Shown here one piece after another: positions 42,100-51,711 of a stretch of 64,000 nt of DNA. The position numbers were made by a program, and so were the translations under genes. Under the pieces are notes generated by a model. It made no database searches, was not told where the DNA came from, and saw only the letters and a program-made list of their open reading frames with translations. Source of the DNA: Promethearchaeota archaeon (GTDB taxonomy: Archaea; Asgardarchaeota; Lokiarchaeia; Sigyniarchaeales; SOKP01); contig JAHLWS010000046.1 in the NCBI GenBank assembly GCA_019057795.1, forward strand, positions 1 through 64,000, in the 5' to 3' direction. Every line of letters starts with the position of its first letter. The stretch's first letter is position 1.

Positions 42100-42930
42100 T
42101 TGTTAAATATATTCTTTGAATCGTTTAACCAAGCAATAAGAAAGTTTGAGTACGATTATATCTTTATAGATGGAATAATTCTTACGATATGGCTTGCGGT
42201 TCTGATAAAATATAAAAAATGGGCTCCAATCAAATTTGGAATAATTACAGGATTTTTAATATATATCATTGACGCAATAGCGTGGTTCAATATATCTGCA
42301 GGTTCTAATTACCCTTCTGGCACATTTATAAGAGAGTATTGGATCGGAGGAAAATATATGCCCCGCCCCTTAGAAGATTATTTTTGGAGTAAATTTGGGG
42401 CAGATTTTATGATGACTTTTTCTTACGCGATGTTTGCCTTTGGTTGGTTGTGGATAATGTTTGAAAATTTTATAAAAAAAAATAAGAAAGAGATGATCTT
42501 ATTCACATCGCTACTTTTTGGGTTTTGGATGTTAACACCCTTTTTTTCCTTATGGCTTCCAATAAATAACACTATAGTTGAAAGTGTGAGATATATGGAC
42601 ACGCAATTAGTAATTTGGTTTGTTAACATAGTTCTTGGATATTCCTTATTGTATTTAATCTATGGAACAAATAAATTTGGAAGCAAAAAACCAAAGATAA
42701 TTTTGTATGTTTTCTTTTTAGGTTGTTTAGGAGCCTTTTTCATGGAATTTCCACTATTAATTTCGGGAATTCGCCCTACAGGCGTCCTATATTTACTTTT
42801 TAGCACAGTTATAATGTTTAATCAAGGAGCACCATATCTCTACGTCTTATACGATAAAGTAATACCATGGCTTAGTCGTAAAGTTAAAAGAGATCAATTA
42901 AAAGAAATAGAATTAGTATTCGAAAAATAA
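42100..42930 (+). CDS. Multi-pass membrane protein, function unknown
   Basis: About 7 hydrophobic segments; GGAGA upstream of TTG. Confidence 0.65.
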   Translation: MLNIFFESFNQAIRKFEYDYIFIDGIILTIWLAVLIKYKKWAPIKFGIITGFLIYIIDAIAWFNISAGSNYPSGTFIREYWIGGKYMPRPLEDYFWSKFGADFMMTFSYAMFAFGWLWIMFENFIKKNKKEMILFTSLLFGFWMLTPFFSLWLPINNTIVESVRYMDTQLVIWFVNIVLGYSLLYLIYGTNKFGSKKPKIILYVFFLGCLGAFFMEFPLLISGIRPTGVLYLLFSTVIMFNQGAPYLYVLYDKVIPWLSRKVKRDQLKEIELVFEK

Positions 42931-42959
42931 AAAATAGAATTAAATCAATAAATATTCAT

Positions 42960-45900
42960 TTATCTGAGGTTTTTTACCATTTTCGATTTAATCAATTTTA
43001 TATTGTTCTTAAGAACTTTTGTTAAAGGGACTTTTCCTGAACCACTCTGAATAAGCGTGTTAAGCGCGTTTTCATGAATTTTTAAAGCTTCCACATAAGA
43101 TTTTTGCTCTAAATATGTTAATCCCAATTTATATTGACTGTCTGCTATTCCCTCGCCGTTTTCAATATCCTCGAATATTTTAAGGGCTTTACTACAGCTT
43201 TTCCAAGCATCAGTATATTTCCCTTGATTGAGATAAGTTAAACCTATATTATTAATATATTGAGCTTTCTTCTTCTTATCATCGTTTTTATCAGCTATTT
43301 TCAAAGCCTCCTCGAAGCGTTTTAACGCAACGGGATAATTGCTTTCGTCTAAATATATCAATCCTATGTTGTTAAGACTTTCTGCCTTTCTAGAAAGATT
43401 GTTTAGCTCTTCGTCTATTTTTAAAGATTGTTCAAAAGTTTTTAAAGCGTCAAGGTACAATCCTTGGTCGCGGTAAATCAAAGCCGTGTTATAAAGATTT
43501 TCGGCTCTCTCATTTGATGGTCCTAAAACTTTAAACAGTTTTGTTCCTCGATTATACCACTTAAGAGCTTGGTTGTAATCACCTCGATCTTGATACACTA
43601 ACCCAATTTTATTTAAGCAATATGTTTTACCGATCAAGTCTCCTCTTTTATCAAATAAATCAAGAGCGAGATTATAACGTTTAAAAGCATCTCTATATAT
43701 ACCTTGCTCATGGAAAATGACACCTACTTTACAAAGAATTCGTGCTTTCCTGTCATCGTCATAAATTTGTGTGGTTATCTTAAGAGCTTCGCTATACCAC
43801 TTCAATGCTTCAGGATAGTTATCTAAGCTTTGATAAATTGAACCTATGCTCTCAAAGCAATCAGCATTACCTTCAAGATTTTCAATTTCATCGAATAATT
43901 TATAAGCATCTTCGTACCACTTTAGAGCCTCATTGAAATGCTCTTGAATCATATAAATATCCCCAATTTTGCGTATAATTATAGCTTCTTTAGTTAAATT
44001 TCCTAGATGTTCTTCAATTTCTAACGCTTCCCTGTATTTTTTTAATACTTCGTTGTATTTCTTATGGACCAAGAAAACATTACCAATACATAGAAGCCTT
44101 TGTGCTTTCCCTTTCGTATTTCCTAGTTGATCGTCAATTTTTAACGCTTCTTCGTACATTTTTAACGCTTCTGTAAAATTATCCTCGTCAAAATAGATAT
44201 CCCCTATACTTGTGAAGATATCCGCTTTGGTTTCAAGATTGCCTATACTTTCTGAAACATAAATTGCTTCGTTGTAATGTCTTAGAGCTTCTGGATAATG
44301 CTTTTGGGCTTGATATATTTTGCTAATAGTAATAAGTATTTGAATTTGTTCATCGAGATGGCCTAATTCATCCGCTATCAGTAAAGCTTCTTCATAGCGT
44401 TTTAACGCCTCAACATAATCCCATTTTTCTCGAAAAATATCGCCTATAATATTAAGACAGAGTGCTTTTTTGTGTAAATTTCCAATTTGTTCTGCTATTT
44501 GAACCGCCTCTTCAAATACCTTTAAAGCTTCATTATCTTGTCCTAAATAATGGTAGTTAATACCAATCAAATGAAGACTTTCAATTCTTCCTTCCATGTT
44601 ATTTTCTTGATTGAAGATTTCAAGCGCTTCTTCAAATTTTTCCATAGCCTGAGAATACGCACCCTGATCTTGGAAAATAGATCCTATCTTGTTAAGCAAT
44701 TCAGCCTTTTTCCCTTTTTCACCTAATTTATTAACAACCTCTAGAGCGTTCTTATACCTACTTAAAGCTTCTTTGAAGTTTGCTTGTTCGGCATAGAAAT
44801 TTCCAATATTTTTCAATGATTCAGCATTTCCTTCAAGGTTTTCTGTTTCTCCATAAATTTCAAGAGCTTCTTGAAAATTTTTAAGTGACTCTAAGAACTT
44901 TCTTTGGTCCAGATAAATTTGGCCTATGACATTAAGAGTGGAGGCTTTACTGTTTAAATCTTCAAGGCGCTCAAATATCTCTAATGCTTTTTCAAATCGT
45001 CTTAAAGCTTTTAGATACATTTTTTGCTCTTTGTATATAAGTCCTATTTTTTTTAACACATCTACTCTTCCTTTAAGGTCTCCTACCTGCTCAAAGAGTT
45101 TTAAAGAATCTTCAAACCATTTTAGCGCTTCAGAATATTTATTTTGATTTTGGAAAATTGTACCTATTTGGTTTGAGAAGTTGGCTTTTAACTTGAGATT
45201 CCCCAAGTTTTCAGCAATTTGAAATCCATCCTCAAAATAATCTAAAGCTTTGATGTAATTCCACTGATCTCTGTAAATTATCCCCAAATAATTTAGAGAA
45301 TCCAATTTCCCTTCAGAATTTTTTAACCGATCATAAATCATCAAAGCTTCGTTACACTTATCCAAACCATTTAGGGAATCGCCCATTTCATGAAATATAC
45401 CCCCTAAGAGATTAAGAATTTCTGCTTTATCTTCAAGGTTTTCCAATTGCTCGTTAAGTTTCAAGGCTATGTTAAAATATTTAAGTGCCTCGTTAAAATT
45501 TTTTTTTGAATAGTAAATTTTCCCTATTTGCTTGTAATTAATCGCGTTTTCGCTGAGATTTTCAAGCCTGTCATTTATTTTAATGGCAGTTTCGAAATAC
45601 TTTAGAGCATCCTGATATTTCTCTAGATATTGATAGTTAATACCAATATGTTTGTATAATTTAGATTTTTCATAAATATCTTTAATTCGCTCGTTTTCCT
45701 TTAAAGCAAATTTAAAGTTTTGTAAAGCCTCAGAATAATTTTTCTGAGCTTGGTGAATTAGGGCAATATATTTAAAAATTGAAGTTCGTTGAGGAAAGGC
45801 TTTTATTTTTAGCTGAACTTGTAAAGATTTACGCAACCATTCTAAAGCATCGATATAATTTAATTGTATATAGTTGATAATTCCCATTTCCATAAGAGCA

Positions 45901-47030
45901 ATTGCTTTCCATTGGTTATTTCCCGAATCTTCACTTATCCGAAAAATTCTTTCTAAACACCTTAAAGCATCGGTATAGTTTTTAGTCTCAAAGTAGATTT
46001 TATTAGATATAAACAACTTAGTTAATTCGTTGGGTTCGTCAATATTAGTTTTAAACCATTCCATTAAGTCAATAGAAAATTTATCTTTGCTTAATTTTTC
46101 TTTTTCTTTAAAGAATTTCTCAAGAAATTTTGATGTATTCACATTTAAACGAAAAACATTAACAGAATCATTTAATTGCTTAATTTCTAACAAAGATTGG
46201 TCCAATTTATCTAGGTTTTTGAGATCACTACTCTTTTGTGCGTCAAATTCGTAGAGGTCTTCTTTTGATCCTCCGCCTGAAATGTGATTTATCCAGATTA
46301 AGTTTTTTAAATTTTTCATTATTTTAAGGGTCGAAAGAAGGTCGAAATCATTATTACCAGAATAACCTATTATTATTATTGAACGTTCATTTGAGATTTT
46401 ATCTAAGAATTGTGCTTTATGGGGCTCTAATTGGACGATGCTACTCTCTGTTTGATTCAGCCCAATTAATTTTAAAGTGTTGATAAACGATGTTCTCGTA
46501 TCTTCACCAGTGATGATGTTTCTATGAGAACCATGAATTTTATAAACGGGTATTTTTCCATTTTTATACAACTTTTCGGGGTCACTGAATTTTTCGTAAT
46601 CTTTTTTCGTTATTACAGGAACAATCTTCTTTTTAGGAACATTAGATTGGAGCAGAGCGTATTCTAACAGAAAATCGAAGTTACTTGTAATAATAAAATG
46701 CCCCTTTTTTAACATTTCGGCTAGAACAAAATGCTCAAGATTGGGTTTATCGCTTTTTGTAAAAAAGTTTAGAAATCGAAAATCGTCCTCAATCGATTTG
46801 TGAATAATTCCTACTAAAACCTCAAACATCAAATTCTGTAATTTCAAGATTGTTTCGATCTCAGAATTAGCACAGAAATGCTTAATTAGTGCCTTCATCG
46901 TATCATTAGTTGATGGTATTTGAGAAGGCGCCTCAACCGAAGCTCCCGCACCCACTAAAAAAGTAAGTTTTTCGTCTGATTCGAATAATTTTGTAACATT
47001 AAAACTTTTTGACTTTTTAATTGAACTCAT
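42960..47030 (-). CDS. SIR2-like (SIR2_2) domain protein with a long TPR array
   Basis: FLVGAGAS, ITSNFD, YKIHGS, IGYSGNND, followed by ~1000 aa of 40-residue TPR-like repeats (LNxIGxIYxxxxxYxEALKxxExAL). Confidence 0.88.
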   Translation of the reverse strand: MSSIKKSKSFNVTKLFESDEKLTFLVGAGASVEAPSQIPSTNDTMKALIKHFCANSEIETILKLQNLMFEVLVGIIHKSIEDDFRFLNFFTKSDKPNLEHFVLAEMLKKGHFIITSNFDFLLEYALLQSNVPKKKIVPVITKKDYEKFSDPEKLYKNGKIPVYKIHGSHRNIITGEDTRTSFINTLKLIGLNQTESSIVQLEPHKAQFLDKISNERSIIIIGYSGNNDFDLLSTLKIMKNLKNLIWINHISGGGSKEDLYEFDAQKSSDLKNLDKLDQSLLEIKQLNDSVNVFRLNVNTSKFLEKFFKEKEKLSKDKFSIDLMEWFKTNIDEPNELTKLFISNKIYFETKNYTDALRCLERIFRISEDSGNNQWKAIALMEMGIINYIQLNYIDALEWLRKSLQVQLKIKAFPQRTSIFKYIALIHQAQKNYSEALQNFKFALKENERIKDIYEKSKLYKHIGINYQYLEKYQDALKYFETAIKINDRLENLSENAINYKQIGKIYYSKKNFNEALKYFNIALKLNEQLENLEDKAEILNLLGGIFHEMGDSLNGLDKCNEALMIYDRLKNSEGKLDSLNYLGIIYRDQWNYIKALDYFEDGFQIAENLGNLKLKANFSNQIGTIFQNQNKYSEALKWFEDSLKLFEQVGDLKGRVDVLKKIGLIYKEQKMYLKALRRFEKALEIFERLEDLNSKASTLNVIGQIYLDQRKFLESLKNFQEALEIYGETENLEGNAESLKNIGNFYAEQANFKEALSRYKNALEVVNKLGEKGKKAELLNKIGSIFQDQGAYSQAMEKFEEALEIFNQENNMEGRIESLHLIGINYHYLGQDNEALKVFEEAVQIAEQIGNLHKKALCLNIIGDIFREKWDYVEALKRYEEALLIADELGHLDEQIQILITISKIYQAQKHYPEALRHYNEAIYVSESIGNLETKADIFTSIGDIYFDEDNFTEALKMYEEALKIDDQLGNTKGKAQRLLCIGNVFLVHKKYNEVLKKYREALEIEEHLGNLTKEAIIIRKIGDIYMIQEHFNEALKWYEDAYKLFDEIENLEGNADCFESIGSIYQSLDNYPEALKWYSEALKITTQIYDDDRKARILCKVGVIFHEQGIYRDAFKRYNLALDLFDKRGDLIGKTYCLNKIGLVYQDRGDYNQALKWYNRGTKLFKVLGPSNERAENLYNTALIYRDQGLYLDALKTFEQSLKIDEELNNLSRKAESLNNIGLIYLDESNYPVALKRFEEALKIADKNDDKKKKAQYINNIGLTYLNQGKYTDAWKSCSKALKIFEDIENGEGIADSQYKLGLTYLEQKSYVEALKIHENALNTLIQSGSGKVPLTKVLKNNIKLIKSKMVKNLR

Positions 47031-47140
47031 CTATTCGCACCTAATAAAAATTTATGCTTATGTAAGATTGTTACTCTTATCACTCTTAAAAAATTTTGCT
47101 TCATATTTTAAAACAAAATTATATATTTTGTTAATTGAAA

Positions 47141-47953
47141 TTAAAATTTGAAGAAATTCTTGATCTCTTCGTGAATTTGTTCAACTGCTTCTTCTTGGAT
47201 AATATCGTGATCCATGTTATCGATAATCGCAAGGTCTAGATTGTTTATTTGGTTTTGAACAATTTCAGTAATTTCATTAACAGGAGTTATTTTATCTGAA
47301 TCGCCAATTATAATTCTTAAAGTTTTATAATTAAGTTGTTTTACCACTTCTTTTATTTGGTAACTCTTGTTTTTTAATTCGTTTTTAGTTTTCTTAATAA
47401 ACTCATCTACATTTTCTATTCCTTTTACATTTCCTGGAAGGAGTTGGTTTATATAACGCAAAGATTTTGAGAAATCAATATGATACGCGTGTTTTTCTAA
47501 ATTAATAATTGGACTTATTAACAACATTCTATTTAAAACCTTTATTTTTGAACTTAGAATGAGCGCTATGTAAGCTCCAAAGTCGTGAGCAAGAAGATTT
47601 ACGCTGTTTAAGTTAAATACATTTCTTTTTGCCATTTTTCTGACAAATTCGATAATTTTGATGGAATCTGACACTTGAGATGTAATAGATACATCTCCTT
47701 GACTAGATCTATATCCTCTGAAATTAAAAACTAGAAAGGAATAACCCATGTCTAAAAGATATTGGTGGTCTTTAACGATTTCTTTTAACGCAAATAATTG
47801 TGGGAAACCGTGGAAATAAATTATTAATGGATAAGGTTTATGAAATGTTGCTGGAGGAAAATAGAGTATACCTTTAAAGATTTGATTTTGGTTATGTATT
47901 TCAACCTCAGATACCTCGTATATGCCGTCATATTGTTTTTCTTTAAATTCCAG
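47141..47953 (-). CDS. Alpha/beta hydrolase, probable CTG/ATA start
   Basis: Frame is open 68 codons upstream of the called ATG and includes FKGILYFP...PLIIYFHGFP; AAGGTGA SD precedes ATA-CTG at 47956/47953; AHDFG elbow, D-K-I-T-P, M-D-H. Confidence 0.8.
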   Translation of the reverse strand: MEFKEKQYDGIYEVSEVEIHNQNQIFKGILYFPPATFHKPYPLIIYFHGFPQLFALKEIVKDHQYLLDMGYSFLVFNFRGYRSSQGDVSITSQVSDSIKIIEFVRKMAKRNVFNLNSVNLLAHDFGAYIALILSSKIKVLNRMLLISPIINLEKHAYHIDFSKSLRYINQLLPGNVKGIENVDEFIKKTKNELKNKSYQIKEVVKQLNYKTLRIIIGDSDKITPVNEITEIVQNQINNLDLAIIDNMDHDIIQEEAVEQIHEEIKNFFKF

Positions 47954-48048
47954 TATTTTTTCACCTTAATATAATAAAAAAATTTATCTAATTTATTTAA
48001 TAGTGTCAAATATTAGAATAATTTTATAAATTTCGGATACTCTTTAAA

Positions 48049-48912
48049 ATGAGATTTGAAGATTGGCACACACATAACTCACTTTGTCGGCATGCAAAAG
48101 GCTCAATTGAGGATTATATTAAAAAGGCTGTTGAGCTTAATTTAAAAGTTATTGGAATGAGTGATCATTTTCCTTACGAGTTTTTAAGCTCAGAAATATC
48201 ATCTCTGGATGATATACCATACAAAAGGTATGCAATGGCCTTAGACGAAGTTGATGAATATATTTTAGAGTTAGAGCATCTTAAAGAAAAATATAAGAAC
48301 AAAATTCAAGTAAAATCCGCTTTTGAAATTGATTATTTTAAGAATCAAGAACATGTTATTAATCGATATCTTAAAAATTACATTAATAAACTTGACTATA
48401 TTTTAGGATCTGTTCATGTATTGTTTGGAAAGGCAGGTATTTTTGCTTTTGATGATGGTCGATTTCTAAATAAGTATAAAGTTTACGATAATAACGATGA
48501 GATTTATCTTGAGTTTTACAACACCCTACAAGATATGATTAAATCAAAAAAATTTGATTTTGATATTGTAAGTCACTTTGATTTACCCAAAAAATTCGAT
48601 AAAAGGGCTGAAACCTACGATCTTATTATGGAAAAAGTAGTAAAAACTCTTGAACTAGCAAAAAAGAGAGATTTAGCCATTGAAATTAATTCCAGTGGTT
48701 TGAGAAAAAAAATTAGAGAACAATATCCTAGTGTTGAGATTATTGAACAAATGTACGAGTTAGATATCCCCGTTTTGTTAGGTTCAGATGCACACCAAAT
48801 TGATGAAATAGCTTATGAATTTAAATATATAATTGATTTATTAAAGAATATTGGTTATAATCAGCTTGCGCATTACAATAAAAGAAAAAGAACATTTATA
48901 GAAATTGATTAA
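48049..48912 (+). CDS. PHP-family histidinol-phosphatase (HisJ/HisK type)
   Basis: DWHTHNSLCRHA, SDHFP, EIDY, LGSVH, SHFDLPKK, EINSSGLR, LGSDAH. Confidence 0.88.
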   Translation: MRFEDWHTHNSLCRHAKGSIEDYIKKAVELNLKVIGMSDHFPYEFLSSEISSLDDIPYKRYAMALDEVDEYILELEHLKEKYKNKIQVKSAFEIDYFKNQEHVINRYLKNYINKLDYILGSVHVLFGKAGIFAFDDGRFLNKYKVYDNNDEIYLEFYNTLQDMIKSKKFDFDIVSHFDLPKKFDKRAETYDLIMEKVVKTLELAKKRDLAIEINSSGLRKKIREQYPSVEIIEQMYELDIPVLLGSDAHQIDEIAYEFKYIIDLLKNIGYNQLAHYNKRKRTFIEID

Positions 48913-48963
48913 AAAATAAGATGGTTTTGTACATCAGATAAAAACAACATTAAATTAAAAACT

Positions 48964-49920
48964 TTAATCAAGTTTGCGTGATCGTAGCCATCCTTCCATA
49001 ACCAAGCTCCGTAGCAATCTTTGATGTTTAGGGTCTCTAGTATGGATAACTAAATTGTTATCTTCGTTTTTTCCAATAATAGAGAATAATAATTCCTCTC
49101 CATCACGATCGATGACAAATCTATCTTTCTGCTCGTTTAATCTTATTGAGATATTATCTAGACTTCCAAATTCCTCTAAAAGTTCAGCATCTTCTTCAAG
49201 ACTGGGGTCAATATAACAAGAGATCTTCATATTAACAGACGATCGTACCTCATATAAATGTAGCTCTTGCAAGTCCTTTATATCGGGAACAGCAATAGTT
49301 ATGTTATGTAACGATTTATTTAGTATATCTCTCATTTTTTTCAAAATATCTGGTTTTTGAACTTTAATGTCTGTCCAGTCTATAATTTTAGGACCAGATG
49401 CCGAAGCCAGGTTATTTCTTAACTTCTCATTTTCCGTCTCTAGCGCTTCTAAATCTTCATCCGCTGTTTCTAATTCTCCATTTAAGATTTTGAGTTTTTC
49501 TTGAAGATTCTCGATTTTTTTGTCTTTTTCTATTAAAAGATTTTTCTCAACTGTAGAAGAAGCCAACTCCTTCAATTGTTCCTCTTTTAAACTGATAGAC
49601 TTTTCTAAAGTCTTGATTTTCACATTCTTAATTTTTAAAGAATATTCTAGTGTTTTAACTTGTTCTTCTTTTAAATCCATTGAGGATTTTATAGTTTTTA
49701 TTTGATCATCTTTAAGGCTTAGAGAACTCTTCAAATTTTCAATTAGATCATCTTTAAGTTTCAATTTAAGGTCAAAATCCTCGAACTTTTTCAATCCTTC
49801 TTCTATTGATAAAAGTCTTTCCCGTAATTCGTTAATAATATGTTCCTTTTGTTTTAGTTCCTCTTGTAGGTTTGCTAAATAATCTTTATTTGCCTCAGAA
49901 AGGTTGTTTAATTCATCCAT
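48964..49920 (-). CDS. Coiled-coil protein with 14-aa repeats and a globular C-terminal domain
   Basis: SLSLKDDQIKTIKS/SMDLKEEQVKTLEY/SLKIKNVKIKTLEK/SISLKEEQLKELAS repeats. Confidence 0.7.
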   Translation of the reverse strand: MDELNNLSEANKDYLANLQEELKQKEHIINELRERLLSIEEGLKKFEDFDLKLKLKDDLIENLKSSLSLKDDQIKTIKSSMDLKEEQVKTLEYSLKIKNVKIKTLEKSISLKEEQLKELASSTVEKNLLIEKDKKIENLQEKLKILNGELETADEDLEALETENEKLRNNLASASGPKIIDWTDIKVQKPDILKKMRDILNKSLHNITIAVPDIKDLQELHLYEVRSSVNMKISCYIDPSLEEDAELLEEFGSLDNISIRLNEQKDRFVIDRDGEELLFSIIGKNEDNNLVIHTRDPKHQRLLRSLVMEGWLRSRKLD

Positions 49921-50050
49921 CTTAAAAAACTAGAATTTATTATCTATTTTATGAATAATAATAAAAGAATTTCCTTTTAATTCTTAGTTAAATATCTTCA
50001 TTTAAAAAAAAGAGGAATTTATAGATTATCCTTTTTTATTAAAACAATTA

Positions 50051-50887
50051 TTAAAATTTCTTATCAATTTCAATATATCGAAACCTTTTGTCCATTTTGA
50101 TAATGTCCTCTATGAATGTTATATGATAACTTCCAATATTCTCAATTGTTATATCGTGGTCAATAATATTTATCCCCCTTACTATATCGCCCTTTTGAAT
50201 AGATGCTTTAATTGAATCTTGCATTTCTTTTTCCCCACGTAATGAAAAATCAACTTTTTCCAAATAAGATATTATTTTTTGATTAAATATATAGAAGGGA
50301 AGGGAATAATATTCACTTAAAATTTGATTTTCTTTCGGTTTCTCTACAATATCAACAATCTTTAACCCGTGCTTTATATCTGAATCTCTAATTAATTCTG
50401 AATCTTTAGAAATCTTAACATTTCCGTGCCTGCTAGCAATTTTTTTATCGTTTGATTTCATTAAACCTAAGATTATGTCCGCATTAGCGTTTTTATACAA
50501 AGAAAACATCTGATTGATTTTTTGTTTTGAAAAAACAACATCTGCGGCAGTTACAAAAAAATTGAATAAAAGTTGCTTTTTTTCGTTAAATTGATTAAGA
50601 CATAATAAAAGACCGTCTGCCATCCCCAACTGGTTTGTTTGCTCTACAAACTTTAATTCAATATCTTGAATTTTTAATAATTCCGTTTTAATTGCTTGTT
50701 GTTTATAGCCGACTAGTATGATAAAGTTAATAAATCCCGCTTCTTTAAATGTGTGAATAATGCGAGATATTATCGGTATTCCATTTATTTTAATTAATGG
50801 TTTAGGAATTACATCAGATAAAGGTTTTAATCTCGTTGCTTTACCAGCCGCTAGTATTATTACATATGTGTTTATTGAAGAAGGCAT
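50051..50887 (-). CDS. Sugar-phosphate nucleotidyltransferase
   Basis: ILAAGKATRLKPLS...PKPL, EQ...LGMADG, IVEKP, RGEKE. Confidence 0.88.
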   Translation of the reverse strand: MPSSINTYVIILAAGKATRLKPLSDVIPKPLIKINGIPIISRIIHTFKEAGFINFIILVGYKQQAIKTELLKIQDIELKFVEQTNQLGMADGLLLCLNQFNEKKQLLFNFFVTAADVVFSKQKINQMFSLYKNANADIILGLMKSNDKKIASRHGNVKISKDSELIRDSDIKHGLKIVDIVEKPKENQILSEYYSLPFYIFNQKIISYLEKVDFSLRGEKEMQDSIKASIQKGDIVRGINIIDHDITIENIGSYHITFIEDIIKMDKRFRYIEIDKKF

Positions 50888-50966
50888 AAAATCAAGTGAT
50901 TTTTTTATATCATATTTTTACAAATATAAGAATATCTTTAAATTTGATTAGTATTATTATATTCTC

Positions 50967-51701
50967 ATGAGTTCTGATGAGAATATAAAAAAACTAAATA
51001 ATGAACTATCTGAATTATTAGAAAAAGAAATTAATAACAGAAAAAGCATTCTAGGCATCTCAATTTCAACTCACGGGGGAACACATCTCGTTAGTAAATT
51101 AAAAAAAGATATTACAATGACAAATTCTGAGATTTCTGCTGCGAGTAGTAGCTTAGTTTTTATATCTTCTAAAATATTAAAAGACTCGCTAAACCAGCAA
51201 ATCTCGTATAATTTGATCACAGGAAAAAAAAGAATAATTCTATCTATTTTAACTGAAAATATCGCTCTTATCGCTTATCTAAATAGAGAGCTAGCTGAAC
51301 TTGAGGGACTGGATTCATATATAACTTCTTTGAGGAGATTTGCGATACAGATTTCTGCATTCGTAGAAACTAGCGATCTTATTAAAGAAGAAGTGTTCGT
51401 AGCCATTAAGAGAGCAATTCCAAACGCATTAGTTATCGCGATAATTACTAAAGATGGTTTGCCAATTAAAGTTCAATCTACTATGCCAGAGCCTATACTT
51501 TCAGCGATGACTTCGGCTATTTACAATTTAGCAGGGATCCTTTTGGAAGAGGGCTTAGAATTCTCGATTATAGGGGGAGAGAACGGTTCAATAATTATCC
51601 ACGAATTAGATGAGAGGAGGATACTCGCAATCGCAGTTCCAGAAGCAGACGAGAGAAAATTAGGCTCTTATATTGCTAAGATTAAATCAATTATCAAATA
51701 A
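50967..51701 (+). CDS. Tandem Roadblock/LC7-domain protein
   Basis: Two repeats of helix, GISISTHGG or IAIITKDGLPI, S, then helix ISAASSSL or LSAMTSAI, then beta strands. Confidence 0.75.
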   Translation: MSSDENIKKLNNELSELLEKEINNRKSILGISISTHGGTHLVSKLKKDITMTNSEISAASSSLVFISSKILKDSLNQQISYNLITGKKRIILSILTENIALIAYLNRELAELEGLDSYITSLRRFAIQISAFVETSDLIKEEVFVAIKRAIPNALVIAIITKDGLPIKVQSTMPEPILSAMTSAIYNLAGILLEEGLEFSIIGGENGSIIIHELDERRILAIAVPEADERKLGSYIAKIKSIIK

Positions 51702-51711
51702 ATTCTTAGAA

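Noticed and set aside
47824-48009. 61-aa minus-strand ORF as a separate gene or frameshifted half of the hydrolase
   Set aside because: It is an alternative frame overlapping the true in-frame N-terminal extension of the hydrolase.
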